Virus record (IMG/VR): IMGVR_UViG_3300020042_002824
Direction: 5' to 3' (one strand)
DNA length: 26,483 bases
DNA from: a virus
Lineage: Duplodnaviria; Heunggongvirae; Uroviricota; Caudoviricetes
Every line of letters starts with the position of its first letter. Within the stretch, counting starts at the first letter, position 1. The notes below the pieces were generated by a model. That model did no database searches. It was not told the origin of the DNA and saw only the letters and a program-made list of their open reading frames with translations. This document shows, piece by piece, positions 24,829-26,483 of this stretch. A program made the position numbers and the translations under genes.

Positions 24829-25287
24829 ATGAGTTTAATTGCTTACATAAGATATGATAATAAGGGAAGGATTGTTCCAGGTGGACCAATAGTAACTTCA
24901 GTTAAGCCAAAGGTGGGTGACTGGGTTGCTATTAGTGACGTTCTTGTTACAACCACCCCTCCCAATTATAAACTACGTGCATTCGTTAGATATATAAATA
25001 GAATAGGTAGTCAAAATAACAGCAACAAATATGTAGCTGGAAGTCTAATCCTTCAACATGATGCTCCTCAGGATGGTAATTGGAAAGAGGTTTATTTCAT
25101 AAAGCCTTGTGATTCTTGTACAACAACAACCACTACATCTACTACTACTAGTACAACAACCTCTACAACTAGTAGTACATCTACCACAACTACCACTACA
25201 ACTATAGCTCCTACTGGTGATTTTATATTAGCAGAGAATAGTGACCCTATCATAACAGAGGATGGTGATAATTTAATAATAGAATAA
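24829..25287 (+). CDS. Probable virion decoration protein: tandem small domain, 28-residue Thr/Ser linker, acidic C-terminal motif
   Basis: LIAYIRY..GRIVPGGPI...PKVGDWVAI recurs as LRAFVRY...KYVAGSLI...PQDGNWKEV. Codons 25120-25203 are all Thr/Ser. Ends FILAENSDPIITEDGDNLIIE. Confidence 0.65.
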   Translation: MSLIAYIRYDNKGRIVPGGPIVTSVKPKVGDWVAISDVLVTTTPPNYKLRAFVRYINRIGSQNNSNKYVAGSLILQHDAPQDGNWKEVYFIKPCDSCTTTTTTSTTTSTTTSTTSSTSTTTTTTTIAPTGDFILAENSDPIITEDGDNLIIE

Positions 25288-25306
25288 AAATATAAAAATA
25301 TAAAAA

Positions 25307-26483
25307 ATGGCAAACGTAAAAATAAGTGCATTATCAAATGCTGCTCCATTAACAGGAACTGAAGAAGTTCCTTTAGTACAGGGTGGTGTAACTTTAAAAA
25401 CCACAACTCAAGATATTGCCAATTTAGGTGGTGGCATTATAGTTGCTGGCACTGGTACTAATTCATCTATAAGATGTGGAGTTAGTAATACTGCTTCAGG
25501 AAATTATTCAGCTGCATTAGGTGGTTGTAATAACACAGCAAGTGGGTCTAAGTCATTTGTAGGTGGTGGTAGATTTAACACAGTTAGTTCAGATTACAGT
25601 AGTGTAATTAGTGGTGGTGAGTGTAATACAATTTGTGCGTCTGCTCCTAATTCAACAATTAGTGGTGGATATTGTAATACAGTTAATTCCCCACAAGGAT
25701 TTATTGGTGCAGGGGATTACAACACAATTGCAAGTGGATTTAGGTCATTTATTGGTGCAGGCAATTCTAATACAGTATGTAATAGTGGTGGTTCAGCAAT
25801 TATTAATGGTCAGAATAACTTAATTACAGGGGGATTTGGGTCATCAATTGGTTTTGGTCTTTACAATATTAGTTGTGATTCATATCTTTCAACTGTTAGT
25901 GGTTCAGATAACTGCATTATTAATGGATATTACGCAACAATTATTAATGGTTCTCAAAATACTATAGATGGTGTTAGTTGTGAGCAGTTTATTGGTGGTG
26001 GTTTTAATAATAAAATATGTAATACTAGAGGTTCATTTATTGGTACAGGCTTTTGCAATACAATATGTAGTAATGTGGCATTCCAACCTTCATACCCTGT
26101 GATAGTTGGAGGGTTTGGTAATAGTGTTAGTAGCGCATATAATTCAATTGACGGTTCATCTATTGTTGGTGGTGTAAATAACAACATTCTTGGTACAACA
26201 GGAAGTGCTTGCGAATCTTTTATTGGTGGCGGTGCTTCTAATAGAATATGTGATGTTGGTATTTCATCTATTGTTGGTGGTAGTAGTAATACAATTAATT
26301 GTAATGGATTTGGTTCATTTATAGGCGGTGGTATAAATAACAACATTCGTTATAATGTTTCGTTTATTGGCGGTGGTTCAAGTAACACAGCTAGTGAATA
26401 TTTGACAACAATTACAGGTGGTGGTCAGAATTCTATTTATAGTCCTTTTTCATCTATTGGTGGTGGATATTTAAACAGTATTA
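25307..26483 (+). CDS. Beta-helix repeat tail fibre/adhesin, 3'-truncated (absent from the ORF track)
   Basis: Manually translated open frame of at least 392 aa: MANVKISALSNAAPLTGTEEVPLVQGG..., then about 14-16-aa repeats (S-F/I-I-G-G-G-x-x-N-T/N-I). No stop before the window end. Confidence 0.85.
   Translation, partial: MANVKISALSNAAPLTGTEEVPLVQGGVTLKTTTQDIANLGGGIIVAGTGTNSSIRCGVSNTASGNYSAALGGCNNTASGSKSFVGGGRFNTVSSDYSSVISGGECNTICASAPNSTISGGYCNTVNSPQGFIGAGDYNTIASGFRSFIGAGNSNTVCNSGGSAIINGQNNLITGGFGSSIGFGLYNISCDSYLSTVSGSDNCIINGYYATIINGSQNTIDGVSCEQFIGGGFNNKICNTRGSFIGTGFCNTICSNVAFQPSYPVIVGGFGNSVSSAYNSIDGSSIVGGVNNNILGTTGSACESFIGGGASNRICDVGISSIVGGSSNTINCNGFGSFIGGGINNNIRYNVSFIGGGSSNTASEYLTTITGGGQNSIYSPFSSIGGGYLNSI

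Noticed and set aside
23060-25823. Plus-strand alternative-frame ORFs 23060-23257 and 25611-25823
   Set aside because: They are by-products of low-complexity codons inside real genes.
4686-26346. All minus-strand ORFs in the track
   Set aside because: They are short antisense shadows of long plus-strand genes, with no recognisable motifs or independent starts.
25307-26483. DGR target (AAY-rich repeats in the fibre)
   Set aside because: No reverse transcriptase or near-identical template/variable repeat pair is visible in the window.
1-26483. Stop-codon recoding, as in some crAss-like phages
   Set aside because: The long ORFs are uninterrupted in code 11, and TAG/TGA act as plausible stops.
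1-26483. tRNA, rRNA, CRISPR array, IS element or intron
   Set aside because: None recognised; the intergenic space is too small and there are no spaced repeats, transposase or homing endonuclease motifs.

Overview
AT-rich (roughly one-third G+C by eye), gene-dense, all-plus-strand segment of a tailed phage genome in the standard genetic code. It is most consistent with a crAss-like (phi14:2/Crassvirales-related) phage of a Bacteroidota host. Order: (1) giant virion RNA polymerase, 5'-truncated, with a DFDID catalytic motif and an N-terminal zincin-like domain; (2) 1702-aa probable ejection protein with a degenerate zincin motif, a PD-(D/E)xK nuclease domain and a hydrophobic C-terminal segment; (3) a short, possibly chimeric fibre-like ORF; (4) a promoter-led six-gene cluster (GT9-like glycosyltransferase, sulfotransferase, FkbM methyltransferase, APS kinase-like protein, HxGH nucleotidyltransferase, DUF2061) that looks like a self-contained sulfated-glycan pathway; (5) a lysis cassette with a GH19 endolysin; (6) a ~6 kb module of exported or membrane proteins (two CsgG-like paralogues, a cohesin/dockerin protein, a stand-alone T9SS-CTD-like lipoprotein, a Ser-rich beta-barrel-like protein); (7) fibre/decoration genes with poly-Thr linkers and a 3'-truncated beta-helix fibre. 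Three Bacteroidota housekeeping-sigma promoters (TTG-N19/20-TAnnTTTG) sit in the intergenic gaps. All family assignments come from motif recognition by eye; no database search was run.
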